Assembly: GCA_022571365.1 (NCBI GenBank)
Contig: JACZXZ010000003.1
Location: 2,301-66,300, forward strand
DNA: 64,000 nucleotides
From: Pseudomonadota bacterium
GTDB lineage: Bacteria > Pseudomonadota > Alphaproteobacteria > G022571365
Direction: 5' to 3'
Below the pieces are notes generated by a model. It ran no database searches. It was given only the letters and a program-made list of their open reading frames with translations, and was not told where the DNA came from. Below, one piece after another: positions 48,206 through 62,080 of the stretch; the stretch's first letter is position 1, and every line of letters starts with the position of its first letter. Both the position numbers and the translations under genes were made by a program.

Positions 48206-48580
48206 ATGCGCAAAATCAGAATAACCATCGGGCCCGTGACGCTCACCGCCGAGCTGTTCGACACGCCGACGGCCGACGCCATCTGGCGCAACCTGCCCTT
48301 CACCTCGGCGGCGCGGACCTGGGGCGAGGAGGTCTATTTCTCCACCCCCGTGCGGGTCGCCGGGGAGGCGGATGCGAAGGCGGTGGTGGAAGCGGGCGAG
48401 CTCGCCTTCTGGGTGGAGGGGGAGTCCATTGCCATCGGCTTCGGCCGGACTCCGATCTCCCAGGGAGACGAGATCCGCCTCGCGGCACCTGTCAATATCT
48501 GGGGCCGCGCGCTCAACGATGTGCGGGAGTTGCGCAGGGTCAAGGACGGCGATCCCATAGTTGTGGAAAGCCTTGAGTGA
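48206..48580 (+). CDS. cyclophilin-like fold protein (DUF3830-like)
   Basis: MRKIRITIGPVTLTAELFDTPTADAIW...WGEEVYFSTPV...GELAFWVEG.SIAIGFG resembles the DUF3830/cyclophilin-like family as I recall it. This is unverified. Confidence 0.6.
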   Translation: MRKIRITIGPVTLTAELFDTPTADAIWRNLPFTSAARTWGEEVYFSTPVRVAGEADAKAVVEAGELAFWVEGESIAIGFGRTPISQGDEIRLAAPVNIWGRALNDVRELRRVKDGDPIVVESLE

Positions 48581-48910
48581 ATGGCAACCAAGGAGCCAGC
48601 CATGGGAACGGAATATTTGACCAGAGGCAAGTTTTCGCCCCCGGTCGACCGGGCGGCGGTGGCGCGCGAATGGGCGGCGCAGGGGTATTCCTGCGCCCTG
48701 TTCGTCGATCCTCCAGGCCGGGCCTGGAACGATTTCGTCCATGCCACCGGCGAGCTGGTGACGGTGGTCGAGGGGAGGCTCGAGATGACCGTCGCAGGCC
48801 AGCGTTTCACCGTCGGTCCCGGCGACGAGGTGTTCATCCCCCGCGACACCCTCCATTCGGTGGAGAACATCCACCATGCCACCACCCGGTGGCTTTACGG
48901 CTATGGCTGA
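48581..48910 (+). CDS. cupin-domain protein
   Basis: The ATG directly follows the upstream TGA. The cupin motifs are H.TGELVTVVEGRLE and GDEVFIPRDTLHSVEN. Confidence 0.75.
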   Translation: MATKEPAMGTEYLTRGKFSPPVDRAAVAREWAAQGYSCALFVDPPGRAWNDFVHATGELVTVVEGRLEMTVAGQRFTVGPGDEVFIPRDTLHSVENIHHATTRWLYGYG

Positions 48911-49335
48911 GTGCGCCTCGTGTTGATCCGTCATATTCCTCCAGGCGGTTTCGGCCGTCCGCGTCCAGGCGGGATCGCCGTCATGGATCAATCCCGGCGG
49001 CTTTGCTCGACCGTACCGCGGTGGGCCCTCGGCCCGGCTGGTTTTGCAAGCCTATTTTGATTTTTTTCTCTGTCTTTTGCTCTTTCTCCGTCTTTTGCTC
49101 CGCTCGGCCGGGGGACATCGCCATATGGGAATCCCCGGGGGCTGGCATGCCGTTGCAGATTTCCCTTGTGCTGACGGGCAAGATGCGTAGCATTGGGCGT
49201 CTAGGGCCGCACATCGCCTTGGCGTAGCTTGGTTTGACGGTTTCCGTTGGTCACTTCCTGACATTGTGACGCTTGGAACATGCTACGGGCATGAGGCGGG
49301 GAGGCTTTTACCTGGGCTTTTGAAAGGCAAGATTG

Positions 49336-49593
49336 ATGTCTAGTGGTACTGTCAAATGGTTCAACCCGACGAAGGGCTATGGCTTTATCACCCCGGACGA
49401 CGGTGGTAAGGACGCTTTCGTACACATTTCGGAGGTCGAGCGCGCTGGAATGGCATCACTAACGGAGGGCCAGCGAGTCAGCTACGAAGTGGTCAGCGAC
49501 ACCCGTGGGCTGAAGGCTGTGGATTTGGCTCCTGAGGGTAGTAAGGCTCCCGAGGAGGAGCCGGCCCCGGAGGATAAGCCCCCGGAGGATTAG
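49336..49593 (+). CDS. cspA: cold-shock protein (CspA family) with acidic/Pro-rich C-terminal tail
   Basis: [15 protein letters not shown] (RNP1) and DAFVHIS (RNP2). The ATG at 49336 lies one codon inside the track ORF, which begins at a TTG. Confidence 0.9.
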   Translation: MSSGTVKWFNPTKGYGFITPDDGGKDAFVHISEVERAGMASLTEGQRVSYEVVSDTRGLKAVDLAPEGSKAPEEEPAPEDKPPED

Positions 49594-49669
49594 ACTCCGG
49601 CGCGACGCCGCAATCCATCCACCAACCCATTGAGGCAGCGGAACAGGTCAAAGGGGCCTGACGAGGGCG

Positions 49670-49696
49670 CTTGGTGCGGCCGGCCGCCGCACCAAG
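49670..49696 (+). terminator. GC-rich hairpin downstream of cspA (possible terminator)
   Basis: The 11-bp stem is CTTGGTGCGGC (49670-49680) paired with GCCGCACCAAG (49686-49696), with loop CGGCC. It is followed by GGTCTTTATAGG, which is only a weak U-tract. Confidence 0.45.
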
Positions 49697-50379
49697 GGTC
49701 TTTATAGGCTTTACGGACCCACGGTCTTTACGGACCGAGGCGCCACGCCTTACCGCAGCCCGCTGTTGCGGCGGGTGGATTGTGGCTGCCCGGAAAGGGC
49801 AGCCGGAGATAGCGCACAACGCGCAGCCGGCGGCCAGGCGCTTGGCCGGCGCAGCGGACTTTTTTCGGAACATCGGGGATCGGAACCTGCCCGATCAGGA
49901 AGCCGTTGGGAAACCAACGCCCGGACCCGCGAGCTTGTGGCCGATCGGGTGGAGGGACCCGAACGCGGAAGGCCCTCTTTCTCTCCAATGCCCGGGAAGA
50001 GGCCCGGGAAGAGGCCCGGGAAAAAGGCTGGTCTGGACCTTCGGGAATCCGCGGATCATCCCCACCCGCACCTTCTCCACGGCAGGGGGAGATCGATGGC
50101 CGATGCCCCGCCGTCGATGGGGGGAGGCGAAAGCCGATTCCTCATTCTCTGGCCGCTGGCGGGTGAGCCGCGGGTGAGTCATTGAAACAGAAAATTGAAA
50201 CAGAAAGCAGTGCGCACGCGCGAGCACGCGCGCGGACAGCCGCCGGCAAGGCCGCGCCCGCGCCCTTGCCCGGGGTCCGGGTATCGGCCTTCGGCCCGGT
50301 GATGTATTTTTGCGTTGTGCGGCGGCTGGACGTATGGTTACACTGACCGGAGCGAATCCCGATACGGGACGGGGCGGGC

Positions 50380-51645
50380 ATGAAACAGTCCAGCGGCGCC
50401 GATTCCAAAAACACCCTCTACTGTTCTTTCTGCGGCAAGAGCCAGCATGAAGTGCGCAAGCTCATCGCCGGGCCGACGGTGTTCATCTGCGATGAATGCG
50501 TGGAACTGTGCATGGACATCATCCGCGAGGAGCACAAGACCAGCTTGGTCAAGTCGCGGGACGGGGTGCCGCCGCCGAGGGAGATTTGCGACGTTCTCGA
50601 TGACTATGTGATCGGCCAGGATCACGCCAAGCGCGTCCTGTCGGTGGCCGTTCACAATCACTACAAACGGCTGAACCACAAAAGCAAGGCGGATGACGTC
50701 GAGCTGGCCAAGTCGAATATCCTTTTGATCGGGCCGACCGGATGCGGCAAGACCCTCTTGGCTCAGACTCTGGCGCGGATCATCGACGTGCCATTCACCA
50801 TGGCCGATGCGACGACGCTGACCGAAGCCGGCTACGTCGGCGAGGATGTCGAGAACATCATCCTCAAACTTTTGCAGGCGGCCGATTACAACGTCGAGCG
50901 GGCCCAACGCGGCATCGTCTATATCGACGAGGTCGACAAGATCTCGCGCAAATCGGACAACCCTTCCATCACTCGGGACGTCTCGGGCGAGGGCGTGCAG
51001 CAAGCGCTCTTGAAAATCATGGAGGGCACCATCGCCTCGGTGCCGCCCCAGGGCGGGCGCAAACACCCGCAGCAGGAGTTCCTTCAGGTCGACACCACCA
51101 ACATTTTGTTCGTTTGCGGGGGCGCGTTCTCGGGCCTGGAGAAAATCATTACGGCGCGGGGTCGGGGCTCGTCCATGGGCTTCGGCGCCAACGTGCGCGA
51201 TCCCGACGACCGCCAGACCGGCGAGGTGCTGCGCGACGTCGAGCCAGAGGATCTCTTGAAGTTCGGCCTGATCCCGGAATTCATCGGCCGGCTGGCGGTC
51301 ATCGCGACGCTTGAGGATTTGGACGAGCTGGCGATGGTCGAGATTTTGACCAAGCCCAGGAACGCCCTGATCAAACAATACCAGCGGCTGTTCGAGATGG
51401 AGGGGGTTCGCCTGGAATTCGCCGAAGACGCCCTCAAAACCATCGCCAGGAAGGCGATCGCCCGCAAGACAGGAGCCCGCGGCCTGCGTTCGATCCTGGA
51501 GGACATTCTCTTGGAATCCATGTTCGAGTTGCCCAGCATCGTCAACGTCGAGGAGGTCGTGATCAACCGCGAGGTGGCCGAGGGACGCGCCGAGCCACTG
51601 CGAATCTACGCCGATCGGCGGGGCGACGTCGGCAAAAGCGCCTGA
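50380..51645 (+). CDS. clpX: ATP-dependent Clp protease ATP-binding subunit ClpX
   Basis: Zinc-binding N-terminus [26 protein letters not shown], Walker A GPTGCGKT, and [10 protein letters not shown]. Confidence 0.95.
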   Translation: MKQSSGADSKNTLYCSFCGKSQHEVRKLIAGPTVFICDECVELCMDIIREEHKTSLVKSRDGVPPPREICDVLDDYVIGQDHAKRVLSVAVHNHYKRLNHKSKADDVELAKSNILLIGPTGCGKTLLAQTLARIIDVPFTMADATTLTEAGYVGEDVENIILKLLQAADYNVERAQRGIVYIDEVDKISRKSDNPSITRDVSGEGVQQALLKIMEGTIASVPPQGGRKHPQQEFLQVDTTNILFVCGGAFSGLEKIITARGRGSSMGFGANVRDPDDRQTGEVLRDVEPEDLLKFGLIPEFIGRLAVIATLEDLDELAMVEILTKPRNALIKQYQRLFEMEGVRLEFAEDALKTIARKAIARKTGARGLRSILEDILLESMFELPSIVNVEEVVINREVAEGRAEPLRIYADRRGDVGKSA

Positions 51646-51653
51646 CCGGCAGC

Positions 51654-51676
51654 CCCCTTGACTGCCGGTCAGGGGG
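51654..51676 (+). terminator. hairpin in the clpX-lon intergenic region (terminator/attenuator candidate)
   Basis: CCCCTTGAC (51654-51662) pairs with GTCAGGGGG (51668-51676). The stem is 9 bp with one G.U pair and the loop is TGCCG. No U-tract follows. Confidence 0.35.
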
Positions 51677-51740
51677 ACGCCACCTTACATGTCGTTGGAA
51701 TAATCGGCCGATCCGGCCGGCCCTTGGTTGGCGAGGCAGT

Positions 51741-54152
<2,412 letters not shown>

Positions 54153-54360
54153 GCCGGGTGGACTCCTCAGATAACCCTCGAAAAGCGCATAAAAGGTGGG
54201 GAAAAGTTGTCGTCTCCAATTGACGGCGGGCTTTCAAGCGATTTAAACTGGCGACGCTCCGTTGAACGGAGGATCTTACATTGGTGAGTGAAGCTTGCTC
54301 CGTTAAGCGGCTGTTTCTAGTCGTTTTCATCTACCCGAATTCAAGAGGGGGGCCTCGAAG

Positions 54361-54633
54361 ATGAATAAGAATGATCTTGTTTCTGCAGTGGCGTCGAGTG
54401 CCGGACTGTCCAAGGCTGATGCGGCGAAAGCCGTGGACGGCGTGCTGGACGCGGTTAGATCGGAGTTGAGAAGGGGTGGCGAAGTCCGGTTAGCCGGATT
54501 CGGAACTTTCAGCGTGGCGTTCCGTAAGGCCACCACGGGTCGGAACCCTCGTACCGGCGCGGTCATTCAGATCCCGGCCAAGAAGCAGCCGAAGTTCAGG
54601 GCCGGCAAAGGCTTGAAGCAAGCCGTCAACTAA
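54361..54633 (+). CDS. hup: DNA-binding protein HU
   Basis: MNKNDLVSAVA...GFGTFSV..R.ATTGRNPRTG. 90 aa, immediately downstream of lon as in many Proteobacteria. Confidence 0.9.
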   Translation: MNKNDLVSAVASSAGLSKADAAKAVDGVLDAVRSELRRGGEVRLAGFGTFSVAFRKATTGRNPRTGAVIQIPAKKQPKFRAGKGLKQAVN

Positions 54634-54656
54634 CGCCGCCCGGGATCGGGATTTGA

Positions 54657-54680
54657 GCCGGCCGCCGTCAGGCGGCCGGC
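54657..54680 (+). terminator. GC hairpin downstream of hup
   Basis: GCCGGCCGCC (54657-54666), loop GTCA, GGCGGCCGGC (54671-54680). The U-tract is weak (CTTCC). Confidence 0.4.
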
Positions 54681-54751
54681 CTTCCGCCGCTCGCCCTTGG
54701 AATCGGGGGCCGGCGATTTAAGTCGATGTCCGGCGACCAGGGGAACACCGG

Positions 54752-54827
54752 GGGCGATTAGCTCAGCCGGGAGAGCGTCTCGTTTACACCGAGAAGGTCG
54801 GCGGTTCGAGCCCGTCATCGCCCACCA
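54752..54827 (+). tRNA. tRNA-Val (anticodon UAC)
   Basis: Hand-folded. The acceptor stem is GGGCGAT/ATCGCCC, the D arm GCTCAGCCGGGAGAGC, the anticodon stem-loop TCTCGTTTACACCGAGA and the T arm GGCGGTTCGAGCCCGTC. The discriminator is A and CCA is encoded. Confidence 0.9.
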
Positions 54828-54862
54828 TTGCGGCGCTCGGCGCTCAGCTTTCGGCATTCGGC

Positions 54863-54950
54863 TTTCCCGCGCCTGCCGGGGGATGTGCGGCGTGCGGCAG
54901 GGCCGGTTTCCCGCGCCTGCCGGGGGATGTGCGGCGTGCGGCAGGACCGG
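54863..54950 (+). repeat. 44-bp tandem repeat x2 between tRNA-Val and tRNA-Asp
   Basis: TTTCCCGCGCCTGCCGGGGGATGTGCGGCGTGCGGCAGG(G/A)CCGG occupies 54863-54906 and 54907-54950. Each unit contains the arms CCTGCCG/CGGCAGG. Confidence 0.9.
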
Positions 54951-55045
54951 CGGCGAATTGGCTGATCGCTGGGAGTTGGCTCCCGGTTGCTTGACACCCG
55001 CCTCAAGCGTGCATTACATCAACCCCGCCCGCACCGGGTTTCCTT

Positions 55046-55123
<78 letters not shown>

Positions 55124-55347
55124 CTTTCCGGCTTCGCGAATGACGCACAACACGCGTTTTCCCGCCGGGCGCCACGGGGCGCCGGGCGCCGTATTTTGCG
55201 AACCAATCCGGTCTTTACCTTTGGCGCCGCCAAACCCTATTATAGGCCTCGGGATTGGCCCGCAAAGTCGGCGCTGGAAAAGGGATTCCACGCCGCTTGG
55301 GTCATGCCTCCGCCCGCGCCGCCGATGACCACGCAAGGGATGTCGTC

Positions 55348-55713
55348 ATGGAAGAGCTCCTCCGGGAATACCTGCCGATATTGATGTTCGTGGGCATTGC
55401 CGTCGGCATCGCGGTGGCGCTCGTGGCGGCGTCTTACATCGCCGCCGTCCAGCGCCCCGATTCCGAAAAGCTTTCGGCCTATGAGTGCGGTTTCGAGGCC
55501 TTCACCGACGCGCGCAGCAAGTTCGACGTGCGCTACTATCTGGTCGCGATTCTTTTCATCGTGTTCGATCTGGAAGTTGCCTTCCTTTTTCCCTGGGCCA
55601 TATCCCTGGGCAGGATCGGCACCTTCGGCTTCTGGTCGATGATCATCTTCCTCGCCGTCCTGACCATCGGTTTCATCTATGAGTGGAAAAAAGGAGCGTT
55701 GGAATGGGAGTAG
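55348..55713 (+). CDS. nuoA: NADH-quinone oxidoreductase subunit A
   Basis: The ATG at 55348 gives [23 protein letters not shown]...[12 protein letters not shown]...[21 protein letters not shown]. 121 aa. Confidence 0.9.
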   Translation: MEELLREYLPILMFVGIAVGIAVALVAASYIAAVQRPDSEKLSAYECGFEAFTDARSKFDVRYYLVAILFIVFDLEVAFLFPWAISLGRIGTFGFWSMIIFLAVLTIGFIYEWKKGALEWE

Positions 55714-56261
55714 ATCCGAGCGTTCCGGCTGAGCCGCTGGCGGCGCCCGCGCCCCCCGGTCCCGAGCAGGACGCGCTCCTGAAAGCGGCGACCGGCGAGC
55801 TGGCGGACAAAGGCTTCATCGTCGCCCGGCTCGACAAGCTGGTGAGCTGGGCGCGCGCCGGGTCGCTCTGGCCGATGACGTTCGGGCTTGCCTGCTGTGC
55901 GATCGAGATGATGCACACCGCGGCCAGCCGCTACGACCTCGACCGCTTCGGCGCGTTGTTCCGGCCGAGCCCGCGCCAGTCCGACGTCATGATCGTGGCC
56001 GGCACCCTGTGCAACAAGATGGCGCCGGCGCTGCGCAAGGTTTACGACCAGATGGCCGAGCCCCGCTGGGTGATCTCCATGGGTTCATGCGCCAATGGCG
56101 GCGGCTATTATCACTACTCCTACTCGGTGGTCCGGGGCTGCGACCGCATCGTCCCGGTCGACATTTACGTCCCCGGCTGCCCGCCGACCGCCGAGGCCCT
56201 CCTGTACGGCATTCTGCAGCTGCAGAAGAAGATCAGGCGGACCAGCACCATCGCCCGGTAG
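55704..56261 (+). CDS. nuoB: NADH-quinone oxidoreductase subunit B
   Basis: [27 protein letters not shown] and VPGCPP. I prefer the ATG at 55704 because AAAGGAG lies 8 nt upstream. Confidence 0.9.
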   Translation: MGVDPSVPAEPLAAPAPPGPEQDALLKAATGELADKGFIVARLDKLVSWARAGSLWPMTFGLACCAIEMMHTAASRYDLDRFGALFRPSPRQSDVMIVAGTLCNKMAPALRKVYDQMAEPRWVISMGSCANGGGYYHYSYSVVRGCDRIVPVDIYVPGCPPTAEALLYGILQLQKKIRRTSTIAR

Positions 56262-56284
56262 CAGGACGCTTGCGGGCAAGGGAC

Positions 56285-56911
56285 ATGACCGAGGCGCTTC
56301 AGGACTTGGCGGACTACGTTCGCGCCGCCCTGCCCGAGGATGTGCGCGCGGCGGAGGTGAAGCTGGGCGAGCTCATCGTGACCGTCCGCCGCGAGACCAT
56401 CGTCAAGGCGCTGACCTTCCTGCGCGACGACACCAACTGTCGGTTCAAGATGCTCGTGGACATCTGCGGCGTCGATTATCCGGAGCGGGACGAACGCTTC
56501 GAGGTTGTCTACAACCTGTTGAGTCTGACCCACAACCAGCGCATCCGGATCAAGGTAACGACCGATGAGACCACCCCGGTGCCCTCGGTGACGGGCGTCT
56601 TCTCTGCGGCCGGCTGGGCGGAGCGGGAGGCCTGGGACCTCTATGGCATCTTGTTCTCCGACCATCCCGACCTGAGGCGCATTCTTACCGACTACGGATT
56701 CGAGGGCCATCCCCTGCGCAAGGACTTTCCGCTGACCGGCTATGTCGAGGTGCGCTACGACGACGAGCAGAAACGCGTGGTCTATGAGCCGGTGAAACTC
56801 ACGCAGGAGTTCCGCACCTTCGATTTCCTGAGCCCGTGGGAGGGGATCCAGGAGGTGCTCCCGGGCGACGAGAAGGCCGAGGACGACGAGAAGGCCGAGG
56901 ACGACGCCTGA
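56285..56911 (+). CDS. nuoC: NADH-quinone oxidoreductase subunit C
   Basis: The ATG at 56285. FEVVYNLLS..., [16 protein letters not shown] and [12 protein letters not shown]. The C-terminus contains a duplicated EKAEDD. Confidence 0.9.
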   Translation: MTEALQDLADYVRAALPEDVRAAEVKLGELIVTVRRETIVKALTFLRDDTNCRFKMLVDICGVDYPERDERFEVVYNLLSLTHNQRIRIKVTTDETTPVPSVTGVFSAAGWAEREAWDLYGILFSDHPDLRRILTDYGFEGHPLRKDFPLTGYVEVRYDDEQKRVVYEPVKLTQEFRTFDFLSPWEGIQEVLPGDEKAEDDEKAEDDA

Positions 56912-58089
56912 TGCCCGAAGTCCAGATCAAGGACTTCATCATGAACTTCGGGCCCCAGCACCCGGCGGCGCACGGCGTGCTGCGCCTGGTGCTGGAAATG
57001 GACGGCGAGGTCGTCGACCGGGCCGATCCCCATATCGGGCTCCTGCACCGGGGAACCGAGAAGCTCATCGAGTACAAGACGTACTTGCAGGCGGTTCCCT
57101 ATTTCGACCGGCTCGACTATGTCGCGCCGATGTGCCAGGAGCACGCCTTCGCGCTGGCGGTCGAGAAGCTCCTGGGCCTTGAGGCGCCGCCGCGCGCCCA
57201 GTATATCCGGGTGCTGTTTGCCGAAATCACCCGGCTCCTCAACCACCTGCTCAACATCGCGACCTTTGGGATGGATGTCGGCGCGATCACCCCGTTCCTG
57301 TGGGCCTTCGAGCAGCGCGAGCTGCTCATGGAGTTCTACGAGCGGGTCTCGGGCGCGCGCATGCATGCGGCCTATTTCCGCCCCGGGGGGGTCCATCAGG
57401 ATTTGCCGGCGGGTCTGACCGACGACATCCATGGGTTCTGCGAGCGGTTCCCGAAGGTCATCGACGACATCGAGGTGCTTTTGACGGAGAATCGCATTTT
57501 CAAGCAGCGCACCGTCGACATCGGCGGGGCGACGGCGGAGGAGGCGATAGACTGGGGCTTCACCGGCCCCATGCTGCGCGCCGCCGGCGTGCCCTGGGAC
57601 CTGCGCAAGGCCCAACCTTACGATGTCTATGAGGACATGGACTTCGACATTCCGGTCGGCAAGAACGGCGACTGCTACGACCGTTATCTGGTGCGCATCG
57701 AGGAAATGCGCCAAAGCGTCAAGATCATAAAACAGTGTCTGGAGAAGCTTCCCCCTGGGCCGATCAAGGTCAACGACCGCAAGATCGCGCCGCCGCCCAG
57801 GAGCGAAATGAAGCAGTCGATGGAGGCGCTGATCCATCACTTCAAGCTCTATACCGAGGGCTATCGCGTGCCGGCCGGCGAAACCTACACCGCGGTCGAA
57901 GCGCCGAAGGGCGAGTTCGGCGTCTACCTGGTCTCCGACGGCGGGAACATGCCCTACCGGTGCAAGATCCGCGGACCCAGTTTCGCCTTCCTGCAGGCGA
58001 CGGATTTTCTGGCCAGGGGGCACATGTTGGCCGACGTGGCGGCGATCATCGGCGCCATGGACATCGTGTTCGGAGAGATCGACCGATGA
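56911..58089 (+). CDS. nuoD: NADH-quinone oxidoreductase subunit D
   Basis: TGATG junction with nuo[24 protein letters not shown] and [12 protein letters not shown]. Confidence 0.95.
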   Translation: MPEVQIKDFIMNFGPQHPAAHGVLRLVLEMDGEVVDRADPHIGLLHRGTEKLIEYKTYLQAVPYFDRLDYVAPMCQEHAFALAVEKLLGLEAPPRAQYIRVLFAEITRLLNHLLNIATFGMDVGAITPFLWAFEQRELLMEFYERVSGARMHAAYFRPGGVHQDLPAGLTDDIHGFCERFPKVIDDIEVLLTENRIFKQRTVDIGGATAEEAIDWGFTGPMLRAAGVPWDLRKAQPYDVYEDMDFDIPVGKNGDCYDRYLVRIEEMRQSVKIIKQCLEKLPPGPIKVNDRKIAPPPRSEMKQSMEALIHHFKLYTEGYRVPAGETYTAVEAPKGEFGVYLVSDGGNMPYRCKIRGPSFAFLQATDFLARGHMLADVAAIIGAMDIVFGEIDR

Positions 58090-58705
58090 GCGCGAACACC
58101 GTCGCCGTCGAGCCGCCGGAGCAGTTCAAATTCACCCCGGCAAACCGGAAGCGGGCCAAGGCCCTCATCGCCAAATACCCGGCCGGTCGCCAGGCCAGCG
58201 CCGTGGTCCCGCTTCTCGACCTGGCCCAGCGCCAGAATGGGGGCTGGCTGCCGCGCGCCGCCATCGAATATGTCGCCGCGCTTTTGGAGATGCCGGTCAT
58301 CCGGGTGTGGGAGGTCGCCACCTTCTACACCATGCTCAACCTCAAGCCCGTAGGCCGGCATCTGGTCCAGCTGTGCACGACCACCCCGTGCTGGCTCATG
58401 GGCAGCGACGCGATCCTCGAGGCCTGCGAAAAGACCCTCGGGATCGGGCTCGGCCAGACCACCGAGGACGGCGCGTTCACGCTCGTCGAAGTGGAGTGCC
58501 TCGGCGCCTGTGCGAACGGGCCGATGATGCAGGTCAACGACGACTACTACGAAGACCTCGACCCGAAAAGCACCGCGGCCATCCTGGAAGCCCTCAGAGC
58601 GGGCGAGCGGCCGGCTCCCGGCTCTCAGGCCGGACGCCAGGCCTCGGCGCCGGCCCCGGGGCCGACCACGTTGACGGGCCTCGAAGGCACCGCAGGGGAG
58701 TCCTG

Positions 58706-58706
<1 letters not shown>
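58086..58706 (+). CDS. nuoE: NADH-quinone oxidoreductase subunit E
   Basis: ATGA overlap with nuoD. The 2Fe-2S ligands are in LCTTTPCWL and [11 protein letters not shown]. Confidence 0.9.
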
Positions 58707-59995
<1,289 letters not shown>

Positions 59996-60004
59996 GGGCA
60001 CGGC

Positions 60005-62080
60005 ATGGTCAAGATGGCCATCGACGGCAGGGAGGTCGAGGTCGAGCCCGGCGTGACCGTGCTCCAGGCCTGCCAGTCCCTCGGCATCGAGATTCCCCAC
60101 TTCTGCTATCACGAGCGGCTGTCGATCGCCGGCAATTGCCGCATGTGCCTGGTGGAGATGGAGAAATCGCCCAAGCCCATCGCCTCCTGCGCCATGCAGG
60201 TGGCCGACGGCATGGTCATCCACACCAACTCCGAGATGGCGGTGAAGGCGCGCCGGGGGGTGATGGAGTTCCTCTTGATCAACCATCCCCTCGACTGCCC
60301 GATCTGCGACCAGGGCGGCGAGTGCGACCTGCAGGACCAGGCCATGGTCTTCGGCGCCGGCCGCAGCCGCTATGTGGAACACAAGCGCGCGGTCAAGGAC
60401 AAGGACATGGGGCCGCTCGTAAAGACCTTCATGACCCGCTGCATTCACTGCACCCGCTGCATCCGCTTCGCCACCGAGATCGCCGGCGTGGAGGAGCTGG
60501 GCGCGGTGGGGCGCGGCGAGGACATGGAGGTCACCACCTATCTGGAGCAGTCGCTGCGCTCGGAGCTCTCGGGCAACGTCATCGATCTGTGCCCGGTCGG
60601 CGCGCTGACCTCCAAGCCCTATGCCTTCATCGCCCGGCCGTGGGAGCTGAGCAAGACCGAGTCGATCGATGTCATGGACGCGGTCGGCAGCAACATCCGC
60701 ATCGACACCCGCGGCTCGGAGGTCATGCGCATCCTGCCGCTCTTGAACGAGGACATCAACGAGGAGTGGATTTCCGACAAGACCCGCTTCGCCTGCGACG
60801 GCTTGCGTTGCCAGCGCCTCGACCGGCCCTATGCGCGGCGTGACGGCAGGCTCGAGCCGGCCACGTGGGCCGCGGCTTTTGCCGCCGTCGCCGGGCGGGT
60901 CAAGGGTCTTGACGGGGCCAGGATCGCCGCCATCGCGGGCGACCTCGCCGACGCCGAGGCCATGGTCGCGCTCAAGGACCTTATGGCGGGGCTCGGCTCG
61001 CCCAACATCGACTGCCGCCAGGACGGGGCGAAGCTGGATGCCACGGTCCGCGCCGGGTATCTCTTCAACACCACCATCGCCGGTATCGAGGCGGCCGACG
61101 CGTGTCTGCTGATCGGCACCAACCCGCGCTGGGAGGCGCCGCTCATCAACGCGCGCTTGAGGAAGCGCTGGCTCATGGGCGGCTTCGAGGTCGGCGTGAT
61201 CGGACCCAAGGTCGATCTCACCTACCGTTATGAATATCTGGGCGCGGGGCCCGAGACGCTCGCCGAGGTCGCCGGCGGAGCCCACGCCTTCGCCAAGGTC
61301 TTGGAAAAGGCCGAGCGGCCCATGCTGATCCTGGGCCAGGGCGCGCTGGCGCGGCCCGACGGTGGGGCGGTGTTGGGCGCCGCGCGCCGGCTCGCGGAGG
61401 CCTTCGGCATGGTGCGTCCGTCCGGGAACGGAGCGTCGCGCTGGAACGGCTTCAACGTGCTGCACACCGCGGCGGCGCGGGTCGGCGGGCTCGATCTGGG
61501 CCTGGTGCCGGACGAGGGCGGACGGGACGTGGCCGGCATCCTCGACGGCGCGGCGGCCGGCGAGATCGAGGTCGTCTACCTTCTGGGCGCCGACGAGATC
61601 GACATGGACCGTCTGGGCCAGGCCTTTGTCATCTACCAGGGCCATCACGGCGATGCCGGGGCGCACCGCGCCGACGTGATCTTGCCGGGCGCCGCCTTCA
61701 CCGAGAAGGACGCGACCTACGTCAACACCGAGGGACGCGTCCAACGCGCCCGGCTCGCGGCCTTCCCGCCAGGCGAGGCACGGGAGGACTGGAAGATCCT
61801 GAGGGCGTTGTCGGAAGCGCTGGGCGCGAAGCTGCCCTACGATAACCTGGGCGAGGTGCGGGCCCGCCTGGCCGAGGTCAATCCGGGCTTGGCGGCGGTG
61901 GACCGGACGGAGTCGGCGCCCTGGGGTGAATTCGGGACGGACGGCGAGACCGACCCCGCCCCGTTCGTCCCGCCCATCGACAACTTCTACATGACCGACT
62001 CCATAAGCCGCTCATCCGAGACCATGGCCAAGTGCGCCGAAGCCTTCCTCGGCCCGCGGCGGGAGAAGGCCGATGGTTGA
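60005..62080 (+). CDS. nuoG: NADH-quinone oxidoreductase subunit G
   Basis: [36 protein letters not shown] and [11 protein letters not shown]. 691 aa. Confidence 0.95.
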   Translation: MVKMAIDGREVEVEPGVTVLQACQSLGIEIPHFCYHERLSIAGNCRMCLVEMEKSPKPIASCAMQVADGMVIHTNSEMAVKARRGVMEFLLINHPLDCPICDQGGECDLQDQAMVFGAGRSRYVEHKRAVKDKDMGPLVKTFMTRCIHCTRCIRFATEIAGVEELGAVGRGEDMEVTTYLEQSLRSELSGNVIDLCPVGALTSKPYAFIARPWELSKTESIDVMDAVGSNIRIDTRGSEVMRILPLLNEDINEEWISDKTRFACDGLRCQRLDRPYARRDGRLEPATWAAAFAAVAGRVKGLDGARIAAIAGDLADAEAMVALKDLMAGLGSPNIDCRQDGAKLDATVRAGYLFNTTIAGIEAADACLLIGTNPRWEAPLINARLRKRWLMGGFEVGVIGPKVDLTYRYEYLGAGPETLAEVAGGAHAFAKVLEKAERPMLILGQGALARPDGGAVLGAARRLAEAFGMVRPSGNGASRWNGFNVLHTAAARVGGLDLGLVPDEGGRDVAGILDGAAAGEIEVVYLLGADEIDMDRLGQAFVIYQGHHGDAGAHRADVILPGAAFTEKDATYVNTEGRVQRARLAAFPPGEAREDWKILRALSEALGAKLPYDNLGEVRARLAEVNPGLAAVDRTESAPWGEFGTDGETDPAPFVPPIDNFYMTDSISRSSETMAKCAEAFLGPRREKADG

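Noticed and set aside
51650-51700. Sigma-32-type heat-shock promoter upstream of lon (CTTGAC ... CCTTACAT)
   Set aside because: By my count, the spacing between the two elements does not fit the 13-17 nt expected for RpoH-type promoters. The CTTGAC is also part of the hairpin stem, so I make no promoter call.
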